Shown here piece by piece: positions 1 to 7,992 of a stretch of DNA of 43,244 nt (its first letter is position 1; every line of letters starts with the position of its first letter). Under the pieces are notes generated by a model, which saw only the letters and a program-made list of their open reading frames with translations, was not told where the DNA came from and searched no databases. The DNA comes from a virus. The translations under genes and the position numbers were made by a program. Location: positions 1-43,244 of IMG/VR virus record IMGVR_UViG_3300045988_091428, one strand, 5' to 3'.

Positions 1-99
1 AAAGAAGCGAGTGAATATTTCAACAATCCACGCATATGGAGAAAATTTAGTATTATTGTTAGAGAACACATTAAAGAAAATGATAGATATTGGTACTAC
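1..99. repeat. 99-bp terminal direct repeat identical to 43146-43244 (assembly overlap of a circular or circularly permuted genome)
   Basis: Read directly. Both copies start aaagaagcgagtgaatatttcaac and end gatagatattggtactac. Confidence 0.95.
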
Positions 100-111
100 A
101 TGGAGGTGTAA
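1..111 (+). CDS. 3' end of the GIY-YIG homing endonuclease gene that starts at 42678 (wraps the junction)
   Basis: Frame 1 from base 1 reads KEASEYFNNPRIWRKFSIIVREHIKENDRYWYYMEV, then TAA at 109-111. This is the same frame as 43146-43244. Confidence 0.75.
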   Translation, partial: KEASEYFNNPRIWRKFSIIVREHIKENDRYWYYMEV

Positions 112-115
112 TAAA

Positions 116-481
116 ATGCAAGAATGTTTATATGATGTGTATGTTAAATTGGATGAAAATTATTGTATAACATCAGTAGAAGGTACTGCTTTTCATACAG
201 TGGAAGAATTAGAAAAATTGGGGTACATAAAAATTGACTCTGGAAGTGGAAATGTTTATGGACACTGCCAACCTCTATATCTTAAAGAAAAATATGGAAA
301 ACCAACGTATGATGAGCAGTTTCACCCTAACTATAGACTTGTTGATGGCAAAATTAGGGATTTAAGTGATGATGAAAAGGTTGAATTGTTTCCTAAACCT
401 ACACCACAACCTACTGAGCAAGAGCTTATCAATGCCCAACTTATGTTAGAAATTGCGAAGTTAAAGGCAGGTGTTCAATAA
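116..481 (+). CDS. hypothetical tail-fibre-associated protein (sits where XkdW sits, upstream of XkdX)
   Basis: ATG at 116 lies 7 nt after GGAGGTG (102-108). The track ORF from 11 would overlap the endonuclease 3' end in another frame. The gene follows the fibre genes across the junction. Confidence 0.6.
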   Translation: MQECLYDVYVKLDENYCITSVEGTAFHTVEELEKLGYIKIDSGSGNVYGHCQPLYLKEKYGKPTYDEQFHPNYRLVDGKIRDLSDDEKVELFPKPTPQPTEQELINAQLMLEIAKLKAGVQ

Positions 482-603
482 TGTACGATATGATTAAAAA
501 ATACTATGATTTAGGAATCTATCACAAAGAGGACTTAATAATTTTTACAAAAGCAGGATATATTACGGAATCGCAATATAATGAAATTATTAGTGGCAAT
601 TAA
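481..603 (+). CDS. xkdX: XkdX-family small phage protein
   Basis: 40 aa, MYDMIKKYYDLGIYHKEDLIIFTKAGYITESQYNEIISGN. This matches the XkdX pattern (Y..G.Y...D...FV.KG.IT...Y..I.G). ATG overlaps the upstream TAA. The ORF is below the track's size cutoff. Confidence 0.75.
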   Translation: MYDMIKKYYDLGIYHKEDLIIFTKAGYITESQYNEIISGN

Positions 604-644
604 GTATCATTTATGATATAATCTTCTCAAGGGGGATGCGCTTA

Positions 645-926
645 ATGGATGAATACAGTATTTTCTGGATGGTAGTTATTGCTCTTGGCACCATAATAGG
701 ATTGTTCCTAACAGTCGGTACCCCCATCATCAAACTTAATTCGACTATTACTGAATTGATTACTCGTCTTAAACGTATGGAACGTGATTTAGATGAATTT
801 AAAGTCCATAATCATGACGCACACAAAAAGCTTCATGAAAGAATAGACGAAGTAGAAGATGATGTAAATGATATTAGAAATGATGTCGAAAGTATTAAAA
901 AAGATGTTATTTCTATAGTTAAATAA
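645..926 (+). CDS. BhlA/UviB-like holin-like membrane peptide (N-terminal TM plus coiled coil)
   Basis: N-terminal TM segment IFWMVVIALGTIIGLFLTV followed by a charged coiled coil. AAGGGGG RBS sits 9-10 nt upstream of ATG 645. The gene is next to the holin/endolysin. Confidence 0.5.
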   Translation: MDEYSIFWMVVIALGTIIGLFLTVGTPIIKLNSTITELITRLKRMERDLDEFKVHNHDAHKKLHERIDEVEDDVNDIRNDVESIKKDVISIVK

Positions 927-953
927 AAAGAGTCCTTTACATGGACTTTTTTT
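926..953 (+). terminator. rho-independent terminator
   Basis: Stem agtcc (931-935) / ggact (943-947) flanked by an A-run and a T-run. Confidence 0.45.
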
Positions 954-988
954 AGTGCTATGATACAAATATAGAAAGGGGGTATTAT

Positions 989-1192
989 ATGTTAAAATTA
1001 AGTAATAAGACATACGATATTCTAAAATATATCGCTCAATATGTATTACCTGCTTGTGGTACTCTATACTTTGCTTTAGCGGGTATCTGGAATTTACCAT
1101 ACGGTGAACAAATCGTAGGTACTATCACGGCTGTAGATACATTTTTAGGTGTGTTACTAGGTGTTAGCACAAATACCTACAATAAATCATAG
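989..1192 (+). CDS. holin, Dp-1 family-like
   Basis: MLKLSNKTYDILKYIAQYVLPACGTLYFALAGIWNLPYGEQIVGTI matches the remembered Dp-1 holin signature. Two TM segments. Immediately upstream of the endolysin. Confidence 0.75.
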   Translation: MLKLSNKTYDILKYIAQYVLPACGTLYFALAGIWNLPYGEQIVGTITAVDTFLGVLLGVSTNTYNKS

Positions 1193-1202
1193 GAGGAAAA
1201 AT

Positions 1203-2075
1203 ATGGGTAATATTGAAAAAGCGGTATCGTTTATGATTACCGTAGCAAAAGATGATAGTCATGGTTACGACCAAGCTCACCGCAATGGTGGGATTGATTA
1301 TGATTGCTCCTCTTTAGTAGGTACTGCTTTAAATCAAGCAGGATTTAATATTAAGAAATCATCTACTACTAGAACATTAAGAGAACAATTATTAGCTTGT
1401 GGTTTCAAAACTGTTTCAGTTGGTGGTACTCGTAAACGTGGTGACATTTTCTTAAAAGAAGGACATCATGTTGTTATGTGTACGGATGCAAACAATATCG
1501 TCCACGCATCTATCAATGAAAAAGGAACTACTACAGGTGGTAAACATGGAGACCAAACAGGTAAAGAAATTTGCATTAGAAGTTATTACAACTACAAAGG
1601 TGGTTGGGATTATCACTTTAGATTTAGTGACGCTATTTCAACTCAACCGACAACCAAACCTAGCACAACAACTTCAAATAGTTTGATTGCACAAGGTCAA
1701 CAACATACTATCAATATGAGCGGACACGCTATTACAGTTGACGGTATTAATGGTAGAAATACAAAGGCTAATATCGTTAGATGTTTCCAATGTGCTATGA
1801 ACCATGATTACCATTCTAATTTAAAAGTAGATGGTTCATGCGGAGCTAAAACTATCAATGCTTTAGGAAAACATTATGTGAAATTAGGAGAATGTCAAGA
1901 AATGGTAAGAGCGGTGCAAGTCGCTTTATACTGTTATGGTTTCAATCCTGGTAAAACTGATGCCATTTTTGGTGACAATACTAGATTAGCTGTTATTCAA
2001 TTCCAAAAGGCTAAAGGTTTAACGGCAGATGGTGTAGCTGGTAAGAATACCATCAGGGCTTTAATGGGAGTATAA
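1203..2075 (+). CDS. endolysin: Amidase_5/NlpC-P60-like catalytic domain plus C-terminal PG_binding_1-like repeat(s)
   Basis: AGGAGG RBS. IEKAV.FM...YDCSSLVGTALNQAG...KRGDIF...HHVVM...NIVHA resembles Pal/Amidase_5-type hydrolases. The C-terminus AVIQFQKAKGLTADGVAGKNTIRAL is a PG_binding_1 signature. Confidence 0.85.
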   Translation: MGNIEKAVSFMITVAKDDSHGYDQAHRNGGIDYDCSSLVGTALNQAGFNIKKSSTTRTLREQLLACGFKTVSVGGTRKRGDIFLKEGHHVVMCTDANNIVHASINEKGTTTGGKHGDQTGKEICIRSYYNYKGGWDYHFRFSDAISTQPTTKPSTTTSNSLIAQGQQHTINMSGHAITVDGINGRNTKANIVRCFQCAMNHDYHSNLKVDGSCGAKTINALGKHYVKLGECQEMVRAVQVALYCYGFNPGKTDAIFGDNTRLAVIQFQKAKGLTADGVAGKNTIRALMGV

Positions 2076-2100
2076 ATTAAAAGAAAGATGGGTAATTGTT

Positions 2101-2742
2101 ATGAAAAACAAAATATTATATGAGCGTTCTTTAAGAACGTGTATCATTATGTTAGTAGTATGTATCGTGTTTAAGTTATTCGGTGTAGAATGGTTTGACT
2201 TGAACACGAGCATACCAATATTACAAGAATTAGATGAAATTATAATGAATAATTATATTTTATCATTCTTATACAGTTTGATATTTTTATCTATAAATAA
2301 TTTCTTTATTTTAGGTGTCGCCACCAAAACGAAACCTACGGATATGGTTATATGGAGTTTGAAATTTATACCTTTAAACATCCTATTAATATTTAGTAAA
2401 TATTATATTAACAATCCTTTTATTGATTTTGTTTTATTATTGTTGATGTCTTACATTATAGATAATAAAAGTATAAAAAGAATTATATGTTATAATTTAT
2501 TAAATATCGTTTATCAATTCATATCTATATTTATTAGAAATGTAGGTATGATTGAATTGACAGGTGTTGTAACAACTACATTATTGATGATAGATTATTA
2601 TATAATGTTAGTTATTACATATTTATTTCAATTATTAGGAGGTATAGATTTATGGTATTCCCAAGTTATTTCTTCTTCCCTAGTCACAAAGCTATGGAAA
2701 AAGCGTTCAAAAAATTATTTAAAAAATAAAGGAGACGATTAA
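2101..2742 (+). CDS. polytopic membrane protein, unknown function
   Basis: 213 aa with about 6 hydrophobic segments and a basic C-terminal tail. No motif recognised. Confidence 0.6.
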   Translation: MKNKILYERSLRTCIIMLVVCIVFKLFGVEWFDLNTSIPILQELDEIIMNNYILSFLYSLIFLSINNFFILGVATKTKPTDMVIWSLKFIPLNILLIFSKYYINNPFIDFVLLLLMSYIIDNKSIKRIICYNLLNIVYQFISIFIRNVGMIELTGVVTTTLLMIDYYIMLVITYLFQLLGGIDLWYSQVISSSLVTKLWKKRSKNYLKNKGDD

Positions 2743-2743
2743 G

Positions 2744-3316
2744 ATGGGTAAACGTGAGAAAGTGATGTTTACGATATTCGTGATTGTAACTCAAATGCTA
2801 CAATTCTTGTTAGTTTACTCAATAGCGTGGTTGAACGACCGAACTATTGAGTTTTTATTTATATTTTTCAGTTTTCAAATAAATAGAATGGTATTTGGTA
2901 AATCATACCATGCGGATAGCTTATCTAAATGTACATTGATTACATTAGTGATATTTTATTTCTTGATTAAAGGTATTATTCCTTTAGATGTTTCATTATT
3001 CGCTACACCTCTTTTTGGAGTGTATCTATCCTATGTGTTAAATGCGATACAGGAACTGATTGATAATCAAGAAGTTCCTAAACCTTTTGTAAAGAAGAAA
3101 TTGAGAGAACAAGTCATTGATATATTAGGTGATGATTTAAGTGAGGAACACGTAGAAGATATTTGTTTGAAGCATGGATTAAGTTTGAAAGTATCTGAAA
3201 CAGTTTATCTTTATATTTCAAATTCAAAAGATGATGTAGCAGATATACTAGATATTCAAGGTGTTACAGTTATTAGAAGATTGAAGAAGTTTATAGAGAA
3301 AGCGACTTTAAAATAA
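2744..3316 (+). CDS. membrane protein with an AgrB-like His/Cys motif and a C-terminal sigma-70 region-4-like HTH
   Basis: About 4 TM segments. R-MVF-GKSYHADSLSKC has His and Cys 7 residues apart, as in the AgrB motif R..GG.HA.S...C. The C-terminus SETVYLYISNSKDDVADILDIQGVTVIRRLKKFIEKA looks like sigma region 4. Confidence 0.45.
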   Translation: MGKREKVMFTIFVIVTQMLQFLLVYSIAWLNDRTIEFLFIFFSFQINRMVFGKSYHADSLSKCTLITLVIFYFLIKGIIPLDVSLFATPLFGVYLSYVLNAIQELIDNQEVPKPFVKKKLREQVIDILGDDLSEEHVEDICLKHGLSLKVSETVYLYISNSKDDVADILDIQGVTVIRRLKKFIEKATLK

Positions 3317-3325
3317 GTCGTTTTT
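3303..3325 (+). terminator. rho-independent terminator
   Basis: cgactt (3303-3308) / aagtcg (3315-3320), then tttttatttt. Confidence 0.5.
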
Positions 3326-3403
3326 ATTTTGTAATGATACTTAAATTATACTATATTTGAGATTTAAAAGGAGTAAAGTTGAAACTGTAAGGAGGGATGA
3401 GTT

Positions 3404-3877
3404 ATGAACAACTATTATAATCCCGTGCAATCTCGTATGGACTCGCTCATGCAACAAAAAGCATTGATAGACCAACAAATTCAATCTTTACAACAAATGA
3501 GCGTTCCTAATATTAATATCAATAATATGCCATCAAATTCACCCACATCAAATTTCGATTTCAACGGTAAATGGGTGGATGGAGAAGAACAAGCTAGAAA
3601 TATTGCAAACAACAATCTACCTTTGATTTTATTTGATAACAATAATCCTATCTTCTATATGAAGAACATGGATGGTGGGTTTAAAAAATTCAAATTTGAA
3701 GAAATCAAAGAAGAAAAGGTAGAAAGTGCAGATACACAACGTATGGATATGCTAGAGGCTAAAATGGACACTATTTTAAAGGCGCTACAAGGCGAACCTC
3801 AACAAGTACAACAAAATGTACCTAGTGAACCAAAAACTCCTCAAAACGCAAGAAAAGGGGGTAAAACAAATGGCTAA
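3404..3877 (+). CDS. Q/N-rich hypothetical protein
   Basis: AGGAGGG RBS. 157 aa, low-complexity Q/N-rich ends around a W.DGEE...LFD..NP.FY.K core. Confidence 0.6.
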   Translation: MNNYYNPVQSRMDSLMQQKALIDQQIQSLQQMSVPNININNMPSNSPTSNFDFNGKWVDGEEQARNIANNNLPLILFDNNNPIFYMKNMDGGFKKFKFEEIKEEKVESADTQRMDMLEAKMDTILKALQGEPQQVQQNVPSEPKTPQNARKGGKTNG

Positions 3878-4118
3878 CCCTTTAAAGTCTTTCATGGGCG
3901 GTAATTCAAATCCTATTGCAGGTATGATGAACCCTCAAAATATGCTCATGAATATGTTAAAACAACGTAACCCTCAAATGTTCAATCAAGTAAGCCAAAT
4001 GATGAATAATGGAGTCAATCCCAATGACTTCATGAAACAAATGGGAGTTACACCTCAACAAATGGAAATGGCTAAACAACAAGCCAAAAAGATGTTTGGT
4101 AACAACATTAAATTCTAA
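3870..4118 (+). CDS. Q/N/M-rich small hypothetical protein
   Basis: ATG at 3870 overlaps the upstream stop. 82 aa with repeated NPQ/MMN motifs. Confidence 0.55.
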   Translation: MANPLKSFMGGNSNPIAGMMNPQNMLMNMLKQRNPQMFNQVSQMMNNGVNPNDFMKQMGVTPQQMEMAKQQAKKMFGNNIKF

Positions 4119-4155
4119 TGTGGTTATAAATATATTATAGAAAGGAAGATGTCTT

Positions 4156-4794
4156 ATGACTGACGGAGGAATGGGTATTCAACCTACTTACAATCTAGCT
4201 GAAAGAGACAATGATGGTTTCGGTGACGGTTTTGGCGCATGGTTTTGGGTTATCTTAGTCTTATTATTTTGTAATAATGGTTGGGGTAACAATAATTTCG
4301 CTAATGACGCATTATTTGATGATGAGTTCATTAAACGTGATATTTTTAATACTAACCAAAACGTTTCTAACTCTGCTTGTCAAACTCAACGTGATGTATT
4401 GGAAAGTCGCTATACTACTCAATTAGGTATGCAAAACCTACAAGCTAGTCAACAAGAATGTTGCTGTACAACTCAACGTGCGATTGACAACGTAGTAGCA
4501 CAAGATTATAAAAACACTTGTGAAATCACTACAGCAATCCATGCTGAAGGTGAAGCAACTAGAGCCTTAATCAATGCTAACACAATGCAAGAATTAAGAG
4601 ATAGATTAGCCGATAGAGATAGAGAATTATTAACTGCTAATTTCCAATTATCTCAACAAGCACAATCAGCTAACATTATCAGTACATTACAACCTACACC
4701 TAAACCAGCATATCTTACTTGCTCACCATATTATACTTATAATAGTGGTGCTTGTTTCGGTAATGGTTGCGGATGTAATGGAACAAATTTATAA
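4156..4794 (+). CDS. membrane-anchored Cys-rich protein (Gly/aromatic N-terminus plus TM, Cys/Gly-rich C-terminus)
   Basis: GFGDGFGAWFWVILVLLFCNNGWGNNNF, then a Q-rich helical region with a CCC triplet. It ends CSPYYTYNSGACFGNGCGCNGTNL. Confidence 0.65.
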   Translation: MTDGGMGIQPTYNLAERDNDGFGDGFGAWFWVILVLLFCNNGWGNNNFANDALFDDEFIKRDIFNTNQNVSNSACQTQRDVLESRYTTQLGMQNLQASQQECCCTTQRAIDNVVAQDYKNTCEITTAIHAEGEATRALINANTMQELRDRLADRDRELLTANFQLSQQAQSANIISTLQPTPKPAYLTCSPYYTYNSGACFGNGCGCNGTNL

Positions 4795-4850
4795 TCTAGT
4801 CGCATGGCGATATTAGGTTTTATCAAACCTTTGGATTTAAACATTAAAAA

Positions 4851-4877
4851 GAACGGTTCAAAGGAACTGTTCTTTTT
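4851..4877 (+). terminator. rho-independent terminator
   Basis: gaacgg (4851-4856) / ctgttc (4867-4872) with one G-U pair, then a T-run. Confidence 0.5.
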
Positions 4878-4899
4878 ATTTTAGAAAGGAGAAAATTAT

Positions 4900-5319
4900 A
4901 TGATTAATAGTATTGGAGTGGCTAGTCAAACAGTAGCCGTAGGACAAAATGTATTATTTCCAACAGACAGAGTAAGAACACGTTCTTGTCAATGTGCTTG
5001 TAAAGGATGGTTAGCACATGATTTAGGAAGTGGTTTATTCACTTTAACTAAACCAGGTATTTATGAGGTAGAATATAGTGCTAACATCACATCTGCTACA
5101 ACAGGTGAAGCTTCATTAGATTTAGAACTAGATGGTGAAATCATTGGTGGAACTAGAAGTATCTATACAGTAGCTACAGCAAATGCTTTAGGTAGTGTAG
5201 GAGGTAGCACATTGGTTCAAGTGCCTTGTGGAGCTTCTTATATCATCTCTTTAGGAAACAACTCCGCTTTACCTTTAACTGTTCAAGATGCAAATATCAT
5301 TATCAAGAAGATTGCATAA
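4900..5319 (+). CDS. BclA C-terminal-domain-like (C1q/TNF-like jelly-roll) protein
   Basis: LFTLTKPGIYEVEYSAN, LDLELDGEIIGGT and the terminal ANIIIKKIA parallel BclA CTD segments TFVISETGFYKITVIAN, LTIQVNGVPVPGT and ASIIIEKVA. Confidence 0.6.
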   Translation: MINSIGVASQTVAVGQNVLFPTDRVRTRSCQCACKGWLAHDLGSGLFTLTKPGIYEVEYSANITSATTGEASLDLELDGEIIGGTRSIYTVATANALGSVGGSTLVQVPCGASYIISLGNNSALPLTVQDANIIIKKIA

Positions 5320-5540
5320 TGAATGAAAATTTAGATTTTCTAGACGCTATCACTCTTGTTTCTTTTATTATTCAAATACAAAACAATGATGAACTTCATA
5401 AACAAGCAAGTAATGATGAAGTCATAGAAAATCTTCATAATGACATTATGTCTTTAATGATTGAAAACAGACAGTTATCTAAAAAGATAATAGAACAGAA
5501 TAAAGAAATCATTAAACTGTTGAAGGAGGGTAAATTATGA
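5319..5540 (+). CDS. small coiled-coil hypothetical protein
   Basis: ATG overlaps the upstream TAA (TAATG). 73 aa. Confidence 0.5.
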   Translation: MNENLDFLDAITLVSFIIQIQNNDELHKQASNDEVIENLHNDIMSLMIENRQLSKKIIEQNKEIIKLLKEGKL

Positions 5541-6001
5541 GCATGAAGAAAATGTACCAACAAGCCATGAGTCATCCACAAGTAATCGAAAAGATGATGG
5601 AGGACTTTGATATTGTCATGGATATTATGAAAACCGAACACCCAGAACGCTATCGTGACATCAAAACAAATCTATACATTTTAATCAATGGTTATCATTT
5701 CGATAAGGAAACATTAGATGATATTCTAGAAGATATAGTAAATGATGATGGCTCAAAAGCACCTAAATGGAGTGTAGAAGAAACAAACTCTGTCGCACGT
5801 AGCAATGGTATCTCTTTTAGGGATTTCAACGAATACGATTGGAATTATGCTATGAATATGATATACAGTGATTATTGTGAAGTATTGGGAGACAACGTAA
5901 CATCCTATGTTCGTATGGCTCACAAGTTCTTGAACGATAAAGACGCACCAGAAGGAAAAGCTTTAAGGTATGCAATGTGTATGAAAAAAGACTACAAATA
6001 A
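5537..6001 (+). CDS. hypothetical protein
   Basis: GGAGGG RBS. 154 aa. Last gene before the convergent terminators. Confidence 0.6.
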   Translation: MSMKKMYQQAMSHPQVIEKMMEDFDIVMDIMKTEHPERYRDIKTNLYILINGYHFDKETLDDILEDIVNDDGSKAPKWSVEETNSVARSNGISFRDFNEYDWNYAMNMIYSDYCEVLGDNVTSYVRMAHKFLNDKDAPEGKALRYAMCMKKDYK

Positions 6002-6019
6002 TGTAGTCTTTTTCTTTTT
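5984..6019. terminator. bidirectional-type terminator hairpin
   Basis: aaaaaa-gactaca-aataa-tgtagtc-tttttcttttt, overlapping the stop codon at 5999-6001. Confidence 0.6.
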
Positions 6020-6059
6020 AAGCAGTAATTGATTTAATGATTGTGTCCATTATAAATGA

Positions 6060-6087
6060 GTGAGAGGTGATGGGTAAGACCTCTCAC
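6060..6087 (-). terminator. terminator hairpin ending the leftward arm
   Basis: gtgagaggt (6060-6068) / acctctcac (6079-6087). The downstream T-run is weak. Confidence 0.4.
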
Positions 6088-6097
6088 ATATATTATT

Positions 6098-6436
6098 CTA
6101 GCATACATATTTATTGTTGTAAACATCATTTAACAATTTTTTTATTTGTTCAAAATCATTTGTAATGATTGCTATTCCACCTGCATTGTTTATCTTTCGA
6201 CATTCAATTTCCTGTTGTTTACTTGGCCGTCCTGTTCCATCTTCTCTTTTAAGTTCTAAACCTATCAATCTTCCATTGATACATACTATTATATCTGGCA
6301 CTCCACTTCTTTGCGAAGCGTTACCACCGATATTTAAAAACCACGCTTTTTCTTTAAACGTGGTTTTAATATATGTTTCAACCTTCTTGACTATGTTTGA
6401 CTCTAAAGGCGACCTATTAAAGGTCATCTTCTTCAT
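6098..6436 (-). CDS. VRR-NUC domain nuclease (PD-(D/E)xK)
   Basis: GVPDIIVC...LIGLELKREDG...Q matches the VRR-NUC core. Confidence 0.75.
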   Translation of the reverse strand: MKKMTFNRSPLESNIVKKVETYIKTTFKEKAWFLNIGGNASQRSGVPDIIVCINGRLIGLELKREDGTGRPSKQQEIECRKINNAGGIAIITNDFEQIKKLLNDVYNNKYVC

Positions 6437-6857
6437 CTTCTACTTCCTCAACAGTTTCTTCATCTGCTAGTCTAATAATTCTTTTGATGTTTGCATAAAC
6501 ATAACCTTTTTCGTTATCTTTAGGGTCTGAATGTTTGACTTCACATACTATAGATTTACCAATTAATTTTGGTAAATCTTTTGATAAACTGAAATCTTCT
6601 AAAGAACTGTTTCCTAAAGCTGTTCTCGCTAAAATTGAGAATAATACTAAACCAATAGGGTTTTTATCTGTTTTCTTTGTTTTTTTAACTAAATCATAAG
6701 TTTGTTTGATTGTACCACCATTTGCATGAGTAAATACTACTTCGATTTTTGAAGGTTTTGCTTTAGGCATTGCTTTCGCACTTGTAATTGTTAAAACTAC
6801 ATCTTCTCCTGCAGGTACTAATTTGAATTCGCTTTCTACTAATTGAATTGTGTCCAT
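6417..6857 (-). CDS. putative ssDNA-binding protein (DUF669-like) with an acidic C-terminal tail
   Basis: 146 aa ending EETVEEVEDEEDDL. It sits between the exonuclease and the nuclease in a recombination module. Confidence 0.5.
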   Translation of the reverse strand: MDTIQLVESEFKLVPAGEDVVLTITSAKAMPKAKPSKIEVVFTHANGGTIKQTYDLVKKTKKTDKNPIGLVLFSILARTALGNSSLEDFSLSKDLPKLIGKSIVCEVKHSDPKDNEKGYVYANIKRIIRLADEETVEEVEDEEDDL

Positions 6858-6877
6858 AATCTTTAATCTCTCTTTCT

Positions 6878-7987
6878 CTATTTTTTCTTTCTCAATGTTA
6901 GTGTTTCTTTTGTTGATTTAATTTCATACTTGTCTAATACACCGTCAAGTTCCATTGCTTCAACATCATAAGAAACAACTTCTTCAACTGTTTTAGATAA
7001 TGTATAGTTACCTAAAACTGCTTTTGTATCGTTATCTCCCATTTGTGAAGATAACTGTTCTTTGATACCATTTTCACAAGCTTTTAATTGTTTTTCTAAT
7101 TCCGCTAAACCTGTTTCTTTTTTGATGGTATCTATTTTAGCGATAAGTTCATTTGCTTTAGCAACTAAATCATTATCGTCTAAATCATTTTGAGGTTTTG
7201 AAGTTCTTAAAATATCTAAATATTCTTTGTCCTTCACTTCATCAAATACAGGACTGAAACCTGTCTTGATATGTTCATCATACCACTTATTGGCTAATTC
7301 AATCAAGCCTTTAATGTTAAAATGATTTACAGGAATTTTATCGTCTTTTTCTAAAACAACGATTTCCCCGTCTGTAATATCGATATAAGTTTTATTCACG
7401 TCATATGTGAATAATTGAGTATTGCTATCATCTACTACAAAGTTTTGAGGATTGTTATAATCATCATCTTTTAAGAATGATACAACTAAATGTACTCTTT
7501 TAGCACCTTCTAAATAAGCATATTCTAATGCTTGACATAAGTAATAAACAGGTGGATTGTCCACCCAATCCTCTGCACGTTTGGTAGTCTTATATTCAAA
7601 AATATCTGACACCTTACCGCTAGGACGAACGAGTTTACTGTCCCACATACCACCGTAGATTTTTTCATTAGGATAGAAGTCATATTTGACTTCATTATAT
7701 CTGTTACCGAAAAATTCTTCTGGTGATAATACGTTTTCGCTAATTTGTTCTTTGGTCCATTTAATTTGTTTTGGTTCAATAGCTTTACCAGCTAAAGTAT
7801 AAATCGTATCTTCAAATGGAGGTCTAGCACATTTAGTGATTTCACACCACATTTGAAATGGAGTATTCCATTTATTCAATCCTAAAATCCCTGCTAGACG
7901 AGTACCTGTAACTTTTAATTTACTTCTTGGCTCTCCATCTACTAAAATAATTCTTTTCCCATCTTCGCTATATTTCCAATCTAACAT
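6878..7987 (-). CDS. YqaJ/lambda-exonuclease-like PD-(D/E)xK recombination exonuclease with a C-terminal coiled coil
   Basis: The N-terminus TGTRLAGILGLNKW.TPF..W and ...D...IFEYKTT fit the YqaJ-type fold. It is adjacent to the ERF-like annealase. Confidence 0.65.
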   Translation of the reverse strand: MLDWKYSEDGKRIILVDGEPRSKLKVTGTRLAGILGLNKWNTPFQMWCEITKCARPPFEDTIYTLAGKAIEPKQIKWTKEQISENVLSPEEFFGNRYNEVKYDFYPNEKIYGGMWDSKLVRPSGKVSDIFEYKTTKRAEDWVDNPPVYYLCQALEYAYLEGAKRVHLVVSFLKDDDYNNPQNFVVDDSNTQLFTYDVNKTYIDITDGEIVVLEKDDKIPVNHFNIKGLIELANKWYDEHIKTGFSPVFDEVKDKEYLDILRTSKPQNDLDDNDLVAKANELIAKIDTIKKETGLAELEKQLKACENGIKEQLSSQMGDNDTKAVLGNYTLSKTVEEVVSYDVEAMELDGVLDKYEIKSTKETLTLRKKK

Positions 7988-7992
7988 TTTTC

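Noticed and set aside
11-115. N-terminal extension of the first track ORF (GTG at 11, MNISTIHAYGEN...)
   Set aside because: It overlaps the 3' end of the GIY-YIG gene in another frame. A good RBS (GGAGGTG) precedes the internal ATG at 116, and the paralogous fragment at 42562 aligns from that Met.
789-1100. 103-aa minus-strand ORF across the BhlA-like and holin genes
   Set aside because: It is antisense to two well-supported lysis genes and crosses a terminator.
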